Source: an uncultured delta proteobacterium
GTDB taxonomy: Bacteria > Desulfobacterota > Binatia > UBA9968
Length of the DNA stretch: 64,000 bases
Reading direction: 5' to 3'
NCBI GenBank assembly: GCA_963737905.1
Contig: CAVTUQ010000022.1
Coordinates: forward strand, 128,001 to 192,000
The notes below the pieces were generated by a model. That model saw only the letters and a program-made list of their open reading frames with translations, was not told the origin of the DNA and made no database searches. Below are positions 18,334 through 29,374 of this stretch, piece after piece. Both the position numbers and the translations under genes were made by a program. Every line of letters starts with the position of its first letter. The first letter of the stretch is position 1.

Positions 18334-21029
18334 ATGGCGCAGAAGTACGTCGACAGTTTCGGCACCCGTAAGACGCTAACGGTCGGCAATCAGAACTACG
18401 ATATTTTCCGGCTCGATCTTTTGGAGAAAGCGGGCTTTAAGAACGTCTCCAAGTTGCCGGTCTCTTTGAAGGTCCTTTTGGAGAATCTGCTCCGCCAGGA
18501 AGACAATCATCATGTCAACAAAGGCGACATTCAAGCGCTGGCGAACTGGAGTCCCAAGGCGAAGCAGGACAAAGAAATCGCCTTTATGCCGGCCCGTGTG
18601 CTGATGCAGGATTTGACGGGTGTGCCGGCGGTGGTCGACCTGGCGGCCATGCGCGAGGCGATGAAGCGGTTGGGCGGCGATCCCAAAAAGATCAATCCAC
18701 TGGCACCCGTGGATCTGGTCATCGATCACTCGGTCCAGGTAGACTATTTCGGCACCTCGGATGCCTTCCACAAGAATTCCCAAATCGAGTTCGAGCGTAA
18801 CGTCGAGCGCTACGCCTTCTTGCGCTGGGGGCAGAGGGCTTTCGACAATTTCCGACTCATCCCGCCGGATACCGGAATCTGCCATCAAGTCAATCTTGAA
18901 TATCTGGCGCCGGTGGTGTTTCGCGCCAAGAAAGACGGCGCGATATTCGCCTATCCCGACACAGTCGTTGGCACCGATTCGCACACGCCGATGATCAACG
19001 GCTTGGGCGTGGTGGGTTGGGGCGTGGGCGGCATCGAAGCGGAAGCGGCGCTACTCGGCCAGCCGATCATCATGCTCATCCCTGAAGTCATCGGCTTTAA
19101 GCTTCACGGCAGGCTTCCGGAAGGCGCGACGGCCACCGACCTGGTGTTAACGGTCGTTCAGATGCTCCGTAAGAAAGGCGTTGTCGAGAAGTTCGTGGAG
19201 TTCTATGGATCCGGACTGTCGACCTTGAGCCTGGCCGACCGCGCGACCATAGGCAACATGGCGCCTGAGTACGGAGCAACGATCGGTTATTTCCCTGTCG
19301 ACGACGAGACTCTCCGATATCTGCAGCTTACCGGCCGCGATCCTGAGCTGATCAAACTCGTCGAAACTTATGCCAAAGAGCAGGGGATGTTCCGCACGGA
19401 TGCATCTCCAGATCCGATGTTCACGGACACACTGGAGCTCGATCTCGGCAGCGTGGTGCCGAGCCTGGCCGGTCCCCGAAGGCCGCAGGATCGCGTGCCA
19501 CTGACGGAAAGTAAGGACGCGTTCAGGGAAGCGCTGCCGTCCTTAATGAAGAGCGGCGACGTCGGCGAAAACCGTGGCCGTGCAGATGAACGGCGACAAA
19601 TTCCAGCTAAAACATGGATCGGTTGTGATCTCCGCCATCACGAGTTGCACCAACACGTCGAATCCTTCGGTGCTGATCGGAGCGGGGCTGTTGGCAAGGA
19701 AAGCGGTCGAGAAAGGCCTCACGAGAAAGCCGTGGGTAAAGACTAGCTTGGCGCCGGGATCTAAAGTCGTTACTGAATATTTAACGGACAGCGGTCTTCT
19801 AGCTGATCTAGAGAAAATCGGCTTTCATTTGGTGGGCTATGGATGTACCACGTGCATCGGCAATAGCGGTCCGTTGCCTGAACCCGTTGCCAACGCCATT
19901 CAAGAAGGCGATCTGGTGGCCGCTGCGGTTTTGTCCGGCAACCGCAATTTTGAAGGCCGCATCCATGCTAGCGTGCGAGCCAATTATCTCGCGTCGCCGC
20001 CGCTGGTGGTGGCCTATGCGTTGGCTGGCAGCATGGATGTGGATCTATATAAGGATGCGCTGGGAAACGATTCTGAGGGCAACCCGGTTTATTTGAAGGA
20101 CATCTGGCCGACTCCCCAGGAAGTCCAGGCGGTGATGAACAAGTCGGTGCGGTCCGAGATGTTCAAGAAGGAGTACAGCCAGGCCACCGAGGGCGATGAG
20201 CGCTGGAAGTCGATGCCAGTGCCGGAGGGCGAACTCTTCAAGTGGGATGGGCAATCGACCTATGTGAGGGAAGCTCCCTATTTCGAGAATATGTCGAAGA
20301 TTCCGGGAGAACCCACCGAAATCAAAGGGGCGCGTGTGTTGGCGCTGCTTGGTGACTCGGTCACGACGGACCACATCTCACCGGCGGGTTCCATCGAAAA
20401 GAACGGTCCAGCGGCGCGCTATCTCACGAATAATGACGTGGCGCAGAAAGACTTCAATCAATACGGCGCCCGGCGCGGCAACCATGAGGTCATGATGCGC
20501 GGTACCTTCGCCAACGTCCGGCTGAAGAATGTTTTGGCGCCGGGGACCGAAGGGGGCGTGACGGTACATCTGCCGGATAAGAAGCAGATGTCGATCTACG
20601 ACGCCGCCATGCTGTATCAAAAGGAGGGCGTTTCTTTAATTGTGATCGCTGGCAAAGAATACGGAACCGGCTCGTCCCGCGACTGGGCGGCCAAGGGACC
20701 GCGTCTCCTCGGCATCAAAGCGGCGATTGCGGAGAGCTTCGAGCGTATTCACCGCAGTAATCTGATCGGCATGGGGATCGTGCCCTTGCAGTTCAAGCCC
20801 GGCGAGAACCTCAAGTCCCTCGGTTTAACCGGATTCGAAAAGTTCGATGTCGTTGGCATCTCGGCCGGACTCAAGCTGCGACAGGAACTTACCGTCAAAG
20901 CGACCACCGACGACGGCAAGCTCACGGAGTTCAAGGTCATCTGCCGCATCGACACCCCGGCGGAACTGGATTACTACCGGCACGGAGGAATTTTGGAGTA
21001 TGTGCTGCGGCAGTTGCTGCAGAATTTAG
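18334..21029 (+). CDS. acnA: Aconitate hydratase A (indel at ~19570; stop probably lost to an indel at ~21026)
   Basis: [73 protein letters not shown]. Confidence 0.93.
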
Positions 21030-21205
21030 CAGTTTCGAGGATGCGAGTATTGGAGTTAATTCGAGATCTGAACCCGAAATTCGAGAGACTTACGGTAATG
21101 AGACGACGAGAAGCGCTGGCGACCATCGGCAAAACATCGCTGGCGATCCTGGCCGGAACTCATCCATCGATCATTCCGAACTTGCAAGGTGCTGAGAGGC
21201 CCGCT

Positions 21206-22015
21206 ATGACGACACCCAACCACATCCGGCATTACACCGCCAATAATCCCGGCATCATGACTTTACAGGGGACAAACCAATACGTTGTCGGTAAAGAGAG
21301 CGTGCTGGTGATTGACGTGGCGCTGAGCGCGGACTCGAACATGGACGGAATCATCGAGCAAGCAGAGGCGATGGGTGCGAAGAAGATCGAGAAGATTCTG
21401 CTGACGCATATTCATAGCGACCACTGCGGCGGCGCCCTGGCCTTGAGAAAACGCTGCGGCGCGAAGCTGGGCATTCATCGCTCCCGCGCGGGGTATCTCG
21501 GCGGCGAGGACTTTCAATACGGCGACAACGATCGGATTGCATTTGGGGGAGGCGAGCTGCGAGTGCTTCACACGCCGGGCCATGAATCCGGCCACTGTTG
21601 TTTCTATGAGTCGGGGGACAAGGTGCTGTTTAGCGGCGACAATATTCTCGGCTACGGCACGGCTGTGATTCGCCCGCCGGATGGCAACATGACGGACTAC
21701 CTGAGCTCCCTGGAGCGATTGCTTGATTTCAATATCAACTTGATCCTACCCGGTCATGGCCCTCTCGTCGGCAAGCCCGAGGCGAAGATTAAGGAATACA
21801 TCGAGCATCGTGTAATGCGCGAAAAGCAGGTGCTCGACGCATTGCGCAAAGGGCGCAACACCATTGGTGATATCACCGAAATGATTTACGTGGGTGTTTC
21901 GCCTGCTCTCCAGCGGGTCGCGGAGTTTTCTGTCCAAGCGCACTTGGAAAAGCTGATGAGGGAGGGCCGGGTGAAAAACGAGGGCGGACGCTATCTGCTT
22001 CTAAGAGACACCTGA
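21206..22015 (+). CDS. MBL-fold metallo-hydrolase (LACTB2-like, C-terminal winged helix)
   Basis: [33 protein letters not shown]; GAGAGG before ATG 21206; alternative start 21098. Confidence 0.85.
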   Translation: MTTPNHIRHYTANNPGIMTLQGTNQYVVGKESVLVIDVALSADSNMDGIIEQAEAMGAKKIEKILLTHIHSDHCGGALALRKRCGAKLGIHRSRAGYLGGEDFQYGDNDRIAFGGGELRVLHTPGHESGHCCFYESGDKVLFSGDNILGYGTAVIRPPDGNMTDYLSSLERLLDFNINLILPGHGPLVGKPEAKIKEYIEHRVMREKQVLDALRKGRNTIGDITEMIYVGVSPALQRVAEFSVQAHLEKLMREGRVKNEGGRYLLLRDT

Positions 22016-22127
22016 GTCGGTCCTCTAACCGAGTCGAAGGGGATGACGGACTCGGTCTCCGTGTCCAAATGCTTCCGATGGCGAAGCGAAAAACAGTTCG
22101 GGCCGCCAGCCGGACAAGAACATCCAC

Positions 22128-22835
22128 CTACTTCTCCACGATAATGACCGGGAGGCCTGCTTGTGACAGCTGGCGTGCCCGTTCTTCGGCGGCGTTACGA
22201 TTGGAGAAGGTTCCCAACTGAACCCGATAATAGGTGGCATCCTTTGCTTGCAGCGGGACGATGAAAACTTCCGCATAAGAACTCGCGAGCCTGTCGCGCA
22301 GTTGTTGTGCATTCTCGATTTGGGAGAAAGATCCCAATTGCAAGGTATAGTCGAGAGAAGTGCGAATCGATTGAATGCCATTGGGACCGTCGATCACTTC
22401 AACGCGCACCGGGATCGTGCCGGGACCGATCATCCCGAGAGCTTTTCCTGCTCCATAGGAGAGGTCAATAATTCTACCCTTGGCAAAGGGACCGCGGTCG
22501 TTGATCGTGACTTCGGCGGAGCTGCCGGTTTCGAGATTAGTGACCATGACGCGAGTGCCGAGGGGTAATGTCTGGTGCGCTGCGGTCAGATCGTTCTGAT
22601 CGTAGATGGCTCCACTAGCGGTCGCTTTCCCATGAAAACCTGGGCCGTACCAAGATGCGATGCCCGTCTGGCTAACGCGGCCCGCGGAGGCCGGTGCGGG
22701 CGGCAACTTGACTCTAGACGGGGGCAGGGAACAGGCGGCGAGAAACAAGAACGGCAGGAAAAGCCACACAGACAGAGCATGAGATCGCAGAAGATTCAGC
22801 GATAGATTTCGTCGTGGTGCGGGTTCCTCGAACAT
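22128..22835 (-). CDS. rlpA: Septal ring lytic transglycosylase RlpA with SPOR domain
   Basis: Lipobox LAAC, GIASWYG, TAAHQTLP, INDRGPF, RIIDLS; C-terminal LQLGSFS...YRVQLG. Confidence 0.92.
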   Translation of the reverse strand: MFEEPAPRRNLSLNLLRSHALSVWLFLPFLFLAACSLPPSRVKLPPAPASAGRVSQTGIASWYGPGFHGKATASGAIYDQNDLTAAHQTLPLGTRVMVTNLETGSSAEVTINDRGPFAKGRIIDLSYGAGKALGMIGPGTIPVRVEVIDGPNGIQSIRTSLDYTLQLGSFSQIENAQQLRDRLASSYAEVFIVPLQAKDATYYRVQLGTFSNRNAAEERARQLSQAGLPVIIVEK

Positions 22836-22895
22836 GGAAGCCCGGATTATAGCGAAAGAAGAAAAAGGAAAAAAGCCATCAACAGCGAAATGATT

Positions 22896-23468
22896 TTAGG
22901 ATTCGGATAACAGCAGTCCGACTTGCATGGCGCCGTCGTCACGGTCCGGCACGGCTAGGTGATCCTTAGAGGGGATGAGTGTGCCAAAGACGATGTCGGC
23001 TAGCGGCAACACCACATTGAGATTATTGAAGTGTCGTTTGTGATGCATGTGGTGATGGGAGTCCAGCCAACGGAACCAGGCCGTCGTTTCCAACCAGCGT
23101 CGTTTGGGAATATGCATGCAGTAATGGAGATATTCATAAAGGAAATAATAGAGGGAAAGCGCCGACAAGGCGCCTACGAATAGGTCTGCTTCCAACACCT
23201 TTTGTAGCCAAAGAACGACGGGCGTGTGAAGCAAGATAATAAAAGGCGCGTTCCACCAGGCAAAGCGCACCTTTTGGATAACCTTCGCGTCGGGAAGAAA
23301 ATACTGGGCGCCGGTCCGAAAAAGGCCGTGGTGAACCAACGCATGGGCGCGAAACGGATATCGCCAAAGCGGCATGTGCATCAAATATTTATGCAGGGTC
23401 CACTCGAAGAAACTCGCATACACGAGGAAACAGAGGAAAGCTGTTGTCTCGCTGATGAGGATGGTCAT
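22896..23468 (-). CDS. Fatty acid hydroxylase/sterol desaturase superfamily membrane protein
   Basis: His boxes HKYLMH, HALVHH, HYCMH, HHHMHH; NLN..LPLADIVFGT. Confidence 0.8.
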   Translation of the reverse strand: MTILISETTAFLCFLVYASFFEWTLHKYLMHMPLWRYPFRAHALVHHGLFRTGAQYFLPDAKVIQKVRFAWWNAPFIILLHTPVVLWLQKVLEADLFVGALSALSLYYFLYEYLHYCMHIPKRRWLETTAWFRWLDSHHHMHHKRHFNNLNVVLPLADIVFGTLIPSKDHLAVPDRDDGAMQVGLLLSES

Positions 23469-23719
23469 TGAACTCCTTTCAATCGCCCACACTGCGGTTA
23501 TCCCTGCTTCTGCGCCTACAGAATAGAGTTCCGCCGCAGGCTGAGGTGGCAAGAATGTCTGGGAATCGCTTCGCAGGGAGAGGTCTATTAGACTCTTGAG
23601 CCGCTTCCGTCGCTATTTCAGACTGGATGATAAATTCAGAGAGCAATGTACGTGTTTTTTTTAAAGTCGTCAATCAAATCTCCAAACATTCCAAACATTA
23701 AGTCTTCGATTACGCCCGG

Positions 23720-23748
23720 TTTACGCAGCGGAGGCTTTGTGGTAGTTT
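23720..23748 (+). promoter_or_regulatory. Putative sigma70 promoter of yebC-ruv operon
   Basis: TTTACG-17-TAGTTT with extended TG. Confidence 0.45.
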
Positions 23749-23777
23749 AACGCAACTAATTCAGGGAGTTGTTGTTT

Positions 23778-24524
23778 ATGTCCGGTCATTCGAAATGGAG
23801 CACCATCAAGCACAAAAAGGCGGCCAAGGACGCAAAGAAGGGAAGGCTCTTCACCAAGCTCATCAAGGAAATTACGGTGGCGGCTCGGGTGGGCGGCGGT
23901 GACATCAACTCCAACCCGCGTTTGCGCACGGCCGTGATCACGGCAAGAACCAACAGTATGCCGGGAGACAACATTGAGCGGGCGATCAAAAAGGGCACGG
24001 GAGAATTGGAAGGCGTCTCATACGAAGAAATCCAGTACGAAGGATACGGCCCGGGAGGCGCGGCCATCTTGGCGCAGGTGTTGACGGACAACAAAAACCG
24101 TACGGTCTCTGAGATACGGCGCTTGTTTGTCAAACACGGGGGAAATTTGGGAGAGACCGGTTGTGTGGCGTGGATGTTTGACAAAAAAGGTGTCATCACG
24201 GTGGAAAAATCACAAATCGATGAAGACCGCTTGATGGGTTTGGTGCTAGAAGCGGGTGGAGAAGATGTCAAGGACGAGGGTGATCTATTTGAAGTCGTGA
24301 CCCAACCGGAGGACTTCGAAAGAGTCAAAGAAACACTCGACCGGGAAAAGATAGCTCTTGCTAGCGCGCAAATCACGATGGTCCCGAAAAATACGGTCAC
24401 CGTCGGCGAAAAGCATGTGGAACAGATTCTCAAGTTGACCGAAGAGCTCGAGGATCATGATGACGTGCAAAACGTTTCGGCAAATTTTGATATCCCCAGC
24501 GAGTACCTCGAAAAGGCGAGCTGA
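23778..24524 (+). CDS. yebC: YebC/PmpR family protein
   Basis: [35 protein letters not shown]. Confidence 0.95.
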   Translation: MSGHSKWSTIKHKKAAKDAKKGRLFTKLIKEITVAARVGGGDINSNPRLRTAVITARTNSMPGDNIERAIKKGTGELEGVSYEEIQYEGYGPGGAAILAQVLTDNKNRTVSEIRRLFVKHGGNLGETGCVAWMFDKKGVITVEKSQIDEDRLMGLVLEAGGEDVKDEGDLFEVVTQPEDFERVKETLDREKIALASAQITMVPKNTVTVGEKHVEQILKLTEELEDHDDVQNVSANFDIPSEYLEKAS

Positions 24525-25102
24525 TGGAGAGAGCCCCGGACCGTTCGGCTCGCCGGGCCGTGATGAGTCGCAGAATCCTGGGCATCGATCCGGGATCGGT
24601 GGTGACCGGATGGGGCATCGTCGAGGCGGTCGGAAATTCCTTGAGTCATGTGGCCTGTGGCACCATCGCGACCGTCGGTGCCCAAGGGCAAGGGGCTCGG
24701 TTAAGCCGCATCTACAGAGGCATTCAGGAAATCATCGTGCGTTATCGTCCGCACGGAGTCAGTCTGGAAAAGGTTTTTTTTGCGCGCAATCCGCAAAGCG
24801 CTCTTAAACTCGGCCAAGCGCGCGGCGTGGCCTTGCTGGCGGCCGCAGAAAACCAACTGGATGTCTACGAATACAGTTCAAACGAGATCAAGTCGGCGGT
24901 GGTCGGGTATGGCCATGCGACCAAAGAGCAAGTGCAGAAAATGATCGCGGCGCTTCTCCATGTTTCAGAGAAGATGGCCGCCGATGCCGCCGATGCTTTG
25001 GCGGCCGCGGTTTGTCACGTTCATCGGCAGGCCTTTCAAGCCCGTATCGTAGAAGCTGCGCCGGACTGGCGGCCTGCGGTGCGCCGGCGCAGGGTGCCAT
25101 AA
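24524..25102 (+). CDS. ruvC: Holliday junction resolvase
   Basis: ILGIDPG, LEKVFF, LGQARGV, GYGHATKEQV, DAADALA. Confidence 0.95.
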   Translation: MERAPDRSARRAVMSRRILGIDPGSVVTGWGIVEAVGNSLSHVACGTIATVGAQGQGARLSRIYRGIQEIIVRYRPHGVSLEKVFFARNPQSALKLGQARGVALLAAAENQLDVYEYSSNEIKSAVVGYGHATKEQVQKMIAALLHVSEKMAADAADALAAAVCHVHRQAFQARIVEAAPDWRPAVRRRRVP

Positions 25103-25154
25103 GCGGCTCCGGTGATTGGGGAAGCCCTGTCCTGAGAGAAATCCAAGATTCACT

Positions 25155-25748
25155 GTGATTGCGCAAATTAGCGGAACCCTGGCGCATAAGTGGCCGGGAG
25201 AAGTCGTCGTCGATGTCGGGGGCGTCGGCTATCAGATATTTATCCCGCTCAACGTTTTCTATCGACTGCCGGACGTGGGCGGTTCCGTCAGTCTTTACAT
25301 TCATACTCATCTAAGGGAAGATGCGCTGCAGTTGTTCGGCTTTCGGGCAGCGGAAGAAAAACAGGTCTTTCTGTTGCTTATCGGCGTTTCCGGCATCGGT
25401 CCCAAGTTGGCCGTCAATATTCTTTCTGGAATTCCGGCGGAGGAATTGGTACAGGCGGTCAAGGATGGCGATCAGCTGCGGCTGGTGTCGATACCGGGAG
25501 TCGGCAAAAAGCTCGCGGAACGTATGATCGTCGAACTCCGAGATAAATTCACGACGCTGCAGTCTCGGCCATCAGAAGCGGTTACTCAAAGCAATGATTC
25601 TCAACTCATTCAGGATGCGGTGTCGGCGCTGGTCAATCTGGGTTATAGAAAAGCGGAAGTCGAGAAAAACGTGCGCGAGATGAGCCAGACGGGCAAACGG
25701 ACTTTGGAAGAAGTGATCAAGGACGTGCTCCGGCGAATGAGCCGCTAG
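25155..25748 (+). CDS. ruvA: Holliday junction DNA-binding protein
   Basis: [38 protein letters not shown]. Confidence 0.95.
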   Translation: MIAQISGTLAHKWPGEVVVDVGGVGYQIFIPLNVFYRLPDVGGSVSLYIHTHLREDALQLFGFRAAEEKQVFLLLIGVSGIGPKLAVNILSGIPAEELVQAVKDGDQLRLVSIPGVGKKLAERMIVELRDKFTTLQSRPSEAVTQSNDSQLIQDAVSALVNLGYRKAEVEKNVREMSQTGKRTLEEVIKDVLRRMSR

Positions 25749-25756
25749 AACCCGCT

Positions 25757-26827
25757 ATGCCGAAACTTGACGACAGGAGCGAGACCTCGATGCCGGCGCG
25801 ACCCGTGGCGCCCAAGCTGGCCGAGGACGATGCCAACTATGACGTGAACTTGCGGCCTCGCGGTTTCGATGAATACGTCGGTCAGGAACAGGTGAAGGAG
25901 AATCTTAAAGTCGCGATTGCCGCGGCCCGCGGGCGCAACGATGTGTTGGATCATATTTTGTTTCATGGACCGCCGGGGTTGGGCAAGACATCGCTCGCCT
26001 ACATTATCTCGCGGGAGATGGGCGTGAACATCAAAGCGACCTCGGGGCCGGTGGTGGAGCGCCCGGGCGATCTTGCCGCGCTGCTCACGAATCTCGAAGA
26101 CGCCGATATACTTTTTATCGACGAGATTCACCGGCTGAACCACGTGGTGGAGGAGGTTCTTTACCCGGCCATGGAAGATTACCAGATCGATATCATGATA
26201 GGTCAGGGTCCTGCGGCCAGGTCGATGAAGCTGCCTTTAAAGCCGTTTACTTTGATCGGGGCAACGACGAGATCCGGTCTTCTTACCTCGCCGCTGCGCG
26301 ATCGCTTTGGACAAATTTTTCGGCTGGACTTCTATTCCACTCAAGCCCTGGCACAAATCCTTAGGCGATCCGCCTCCATTCTGGGTGTCGCCGCAGAAGA
26401 CGAGGGCACGACCGAGATCGCGCGCCGGTCCCGTGGCACTCCGCGAATCGCGAACCGGCTCTTGCGCCGGGTGCGCGATTTTGCCCAGGTCAAGGCGAGT
26501 GGCACGATCACGAAATCCGTTACCCAAGAAGCTCTGCAAATGTTGGAAGTTGACCCCATCGGTCTCGACAAAATGGACACGATGCTCCTCTTAACCTTGA
26601 TCGACAAGTTTTCGGGCGGCCCTGTTGGAATTGAAACACTGGCGGCGGCGATCGGAGACGAAAAGGACACGATCGAGGACGTGTACGAGCCGTTCTTGAT
26701 TCAAGCGGGGTTTCTCAAGCGAACGCCTCGCGGCCGGGTGGCGACGGAGCTGGCCTACGAACATTTCGGGCGCAACCCCGCATCGCCAAAAGGAACCAGT
26801 TCGAAGAATCAACCCAGCCTGTTTTGA
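25757..26827 (+). CDS. ruvB: Holliday junction branch migration helicase
   Basis: [44 protein letters not shown]. Confidence 0.97.
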   Translation: MPKLDDRSETSMPARPVAPKLAEDDANYDVNLRPRGFDEYVGQEQVKENLKVAIAAARGRNDVLDHILFHGPPGLGKTSLAYIISREMGVNIKATSGPVVERPGDLAALLTNLEDADILFIDEIHRLNHVVEEVLYPAMEDYQIDIMIGQGPAARSMKLPLKPFTLIGATTRSGLLTSPLRDRFGQIFRLDFYSTQALAQILRRSASILGVAAEDEGTTEIARRSRGTPRIANRLLRRVRDFAQVKASGTITKSVTQEALQMLEVDPIGLDKMDTMLLLTLIDKFSGGPVGIETLAAAIGDEKDTIEDVYEPFLIQAGFLKRTPRGRVATELAYEHFGRNPASPKGTSSKNQPSLF

Positions 26828-26874
26828 AATGGGTTGCGCGGCAGTAACAAAATAACGACGGGCGAAATACGCAA

Positions 26875-27087
26875 ATGACCGGATTGGGTAAGACGCTGAT
26901 CTATATCGGAATCGTGTTGATCATTCTTGGACTGATCGTTTCGATGGCTGGCAAGATTCCCTGGTTGGGGCATCTTCCGGGCGATATCACCATCCAACGG
27001 GATCGGTTCACCTTCTATTTCCCATTGACCACCTGTATCCTTATCAGTGTGATTATAACGCTTGTCCTTTATTTCTTTAGACGGTAA
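26875..27087 (+). CDS. DUF2905 small membrane protein
   Basis: LGHLPGDI...FYFPLTTCIL motif. Confidence 0.85.
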   Translation: MTGLGKTLIYIGIVLIILGLIVSMAGKIPWLGHLPGDITIQRDRFTFYFPLTTCILISVIITLVLYFFRR

Positions 27088-27125
27088 AATTTGGCTGTCT
27101 TTTTCTCTCCTTAGAAAGTCTGCTC

Positions 27126-29357
27126 ATGGAAAGTTCGGGCACCGTCGAGTCGATCGAGGCACGCCTCAAGCTGGAGGAAGCCAAGCGCCGCAAACGTGAG
27201 GGTTGGGTGATCCTTGCCACTACCCTCATGGTATTGGCGTTTGCGTTTTTTGAAGTGCAGTTGCCCGAGACGGCGCCAGAGTACTCTTTGGGCAACAATA
27301 TCGCTTTCTTTCTCTTGATCAATGTGAACGTTATCCTCCTGGCGCTGCTGGTTTTTCTCGTTGTCCGCAACTTGGTCAAACTTGTCTTCGAACGCAAGAG
27401 AAGGATCCTGGGTTCACGCCTACGGGTGCGGCTAGTATTGGCATTTGTTGCGCTATCGCTTGTGCCCACGTTGCTGTTGTTCGTCATTGCGGGCGGATTC
27501 GTTACCCGTTCTTTTGAAAGATGGTTTGATCTTCAGGTGGAAAACGCGCTGCAAGGCTCCTTGGAGATCGGCCAGACTTATTATCAAAATTCGGCCAACA
27601 ATGCCTTGTTCTATGCGCGGCAGCTGAGTCAACGCATGACTCGAGAGGGGCTCTTCGAGGCTCATCGACTTGGCGAGCTCAAGGAGTTCATCCAAAACAA
27701 ACAGCAGGAGTATAACCTCGGAACCGTTGAATTGTTCTCGCCTGACTATCGATCACTGGTTGTCGCGTTCAACGAACAAGTACCGACGGGAGTCACCATC
27801 AAACCTGAAAAGGAGTTTCTGAATCGGGCGCTCCGGGGTCTGGAAGTGACGCGAACCCAAGCGTTTGGAGAAGGGGACATTATCCGTGGAGGCGTTCCGA
27901 TCTATAGTGGGGACAAGCGCGTGCTCGGAGTCGTGGTGGTCGACTATTATGTGCCCAAAAGCATCACTAAAAGAGCCTTGCAAATTTCCCGTTCCTACGA
28001 ACAGTACAAACATTTGATGTTTCTCAAGGCGCCGATCAAAAATAGCTATATTTTGACCCTTCTCCTCATCACGTTGGTGATTATCTTCGCGGCCACCTGG
28101 TGTGGGCTTTATCTTGCCAAAGGCATCACGGTCCCGATCCAAAAACTTGCGGAAGGAACCCATGAAGTTGCCCAGGGAAACTGGGACTACAAAATCGATT
28201 CCGGAGGAGACGATGAGATTGGGACTTTGGTGGAATCGTTCAACCAGATGACCCGGGATCTCAAGCAGATCAATTTAGAACTGGAACAGAGAAAGCGCTT
28301 TGTGGAGACGCTTCTCGCCAATATCACGGCAGGCGTGATCGCGGTGGATCCCGCGGGAAGAATTACGACGTGGAACAAGACCGCCGAGGAGATGTTGGGA
28401 GTCGAGGCGGTGGGCGTGCTCGGAAGAAATCAGGAAGAGGTCTTTCAGGGCGGACGGCTCCAAGTCATGCGCGACATCCTGGAAAGCGTGAAAGACCGGG
28501 AGAGCGTGGAGCGCCAAATTAAGATTCCTTTACCGGACCAATTGCTTACCGTGGTGGTGACGGCGGCAACCTTGCGCGACGATGAGGGAAAGACCATGGG
28601 GGTCATGATCTTCCTCGAGGACATTACCCAGATTCAAAAGGTGCAGAGAATGGAGGCCTGGCGCGAAGTCGCGCGGCGCATTGCTCATGAGATCAAAAAT
28701 CCGCTGACGCCCATCCAATTGTCCGCCGAGCGGCTCCGAAAACGGTACGCCAAATTGCTCGAGGGCAACGGTGCGGTTTTGGATAAGTGTACTTCGACCA
28801 TCATCCAGCAGGTGGACGAGCTGAAAAATCTCGTCAATGAATTTTCTCATTTCGCTCGATTGCCTGCGGCCCACCTCACCACTAACGACCTGAACGCGAT
28901 CGTTCAGGAGTCTCTGTTTCTCTTCAAGGAAGGGCATGACAAACTCCACTTCCAATTTCGCAACGGAGATATCCCGCCGCTCGAATTGGACCGGGAACAG
29001 ATCAAACGAGTGATTATCAATTTATTGGACAACGCGGTGGCGGCCGTAGGAGAAAATGGCGAAATCAGGATGACCACGAGTCATGATCCCTCTCGGGGAG
29101 TCGTCTTTTTAGAGGTCGCGGATAATGGCTGTGGTGTGGCGCCGGAAGTAAGAACCAGAATTTTCGAGCCTTATTTTTCCACCAAAAAGAATGGCACTGG
29201 TTTGGGACTCACCATCGTCAGCCAGATCATCGAAGATCACCGGGGCTACATCCGGGTGCGACCCAATGAACCCCAGGGGACCCGGTTGACGATCGAGTTT
29301 CCCGTGCCAACGGAGAGTCAGCTTGTCGAGAACAGGAAGAAGGCAATGCATTCTTAG
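27126..29357 (+). CDS. NtrY-type membrane sensor histidine kinase (HAMP, PAS, HisKA, HATPase)
   Basis: N-terminal TMs, DDEIGTLVESFNQMT, AWREVARRIAHEIKNPLTPIQL, NLLDNA, DNGCG, GTGLGL. Confidence 0.92.
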   Translation: MESSGTVESIEARLKLEEAKRRKREGWVILATTLMVLAFAFFEVQLPETAPEYSLGNNIAFFLLINVNVILLALLVFLVVRNLVKLVFERKRRILGSRLRVRLVLAFVALSLVPTLLLFVIAGGFVTRSFERWFDLQVENALQGSLEIGQTYYQNSANNALFYARQLSQRMTREGLFEAHRLGELKEFIQNKQQEYNLGTVELFSPDYRSLVVAFNEQVPTGVTIKPEKEFLNRALRGLEVTRTQAFGEGDIIRGGVPIYSGDKRVLGVVVVDYYVPKSITKRALQISRSYEQYKHLMFLKAPIKNSYILTLLLITLVIIFAATWCGLYLAKGITVPIQKLAEGTHEVAQGNWDYKIDSGGDDEIGTLVESFNQMTRDLKQINLELEQRKRFVETLLANITAGVIAVDPAGRITTWNKTAEEMLGVEAVGVLGRNQEEVFQGGRLQVMRDILESVKDRESVERQIKIPLPDQLLTVVVTAATLRDDEGKTMGVMIFLEDITQIQKVQRMEAWREVARRIAHEIKNPLTPIQLSAERLRKRYAKLLEGNGAVLDKCTSTIIQQVDELKNLVNEFSHFARLPAAHLTTNDLNAIVQESLFLFKEGHDKLHFQFRNGDIPPLELDREQIKRVIINLLDNAVAAVGENGEIRMTTSHDPSRGVVFLEVADNGCGVAPEVRTRIFEPYFSTKKNGTGLGLTIVSQIIEDHRGYIRVRPNEPQGTRLTIEFPVPTESQLVENRKKAMHS

Positions 29358-29374
29358 ATGAATTTAGGAAGGCG

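Noticed and set aside
19574-22015. Apparent aconitase-MBL hydrolase fusion in the ORF track
   Set aside because: AcnA ends ...RQLLQN then aatttag; removing one T gives the expected TAG. The linker is non-domain sequence and the MBL gene has its own RBS, so this is most likely a homopolymer error.
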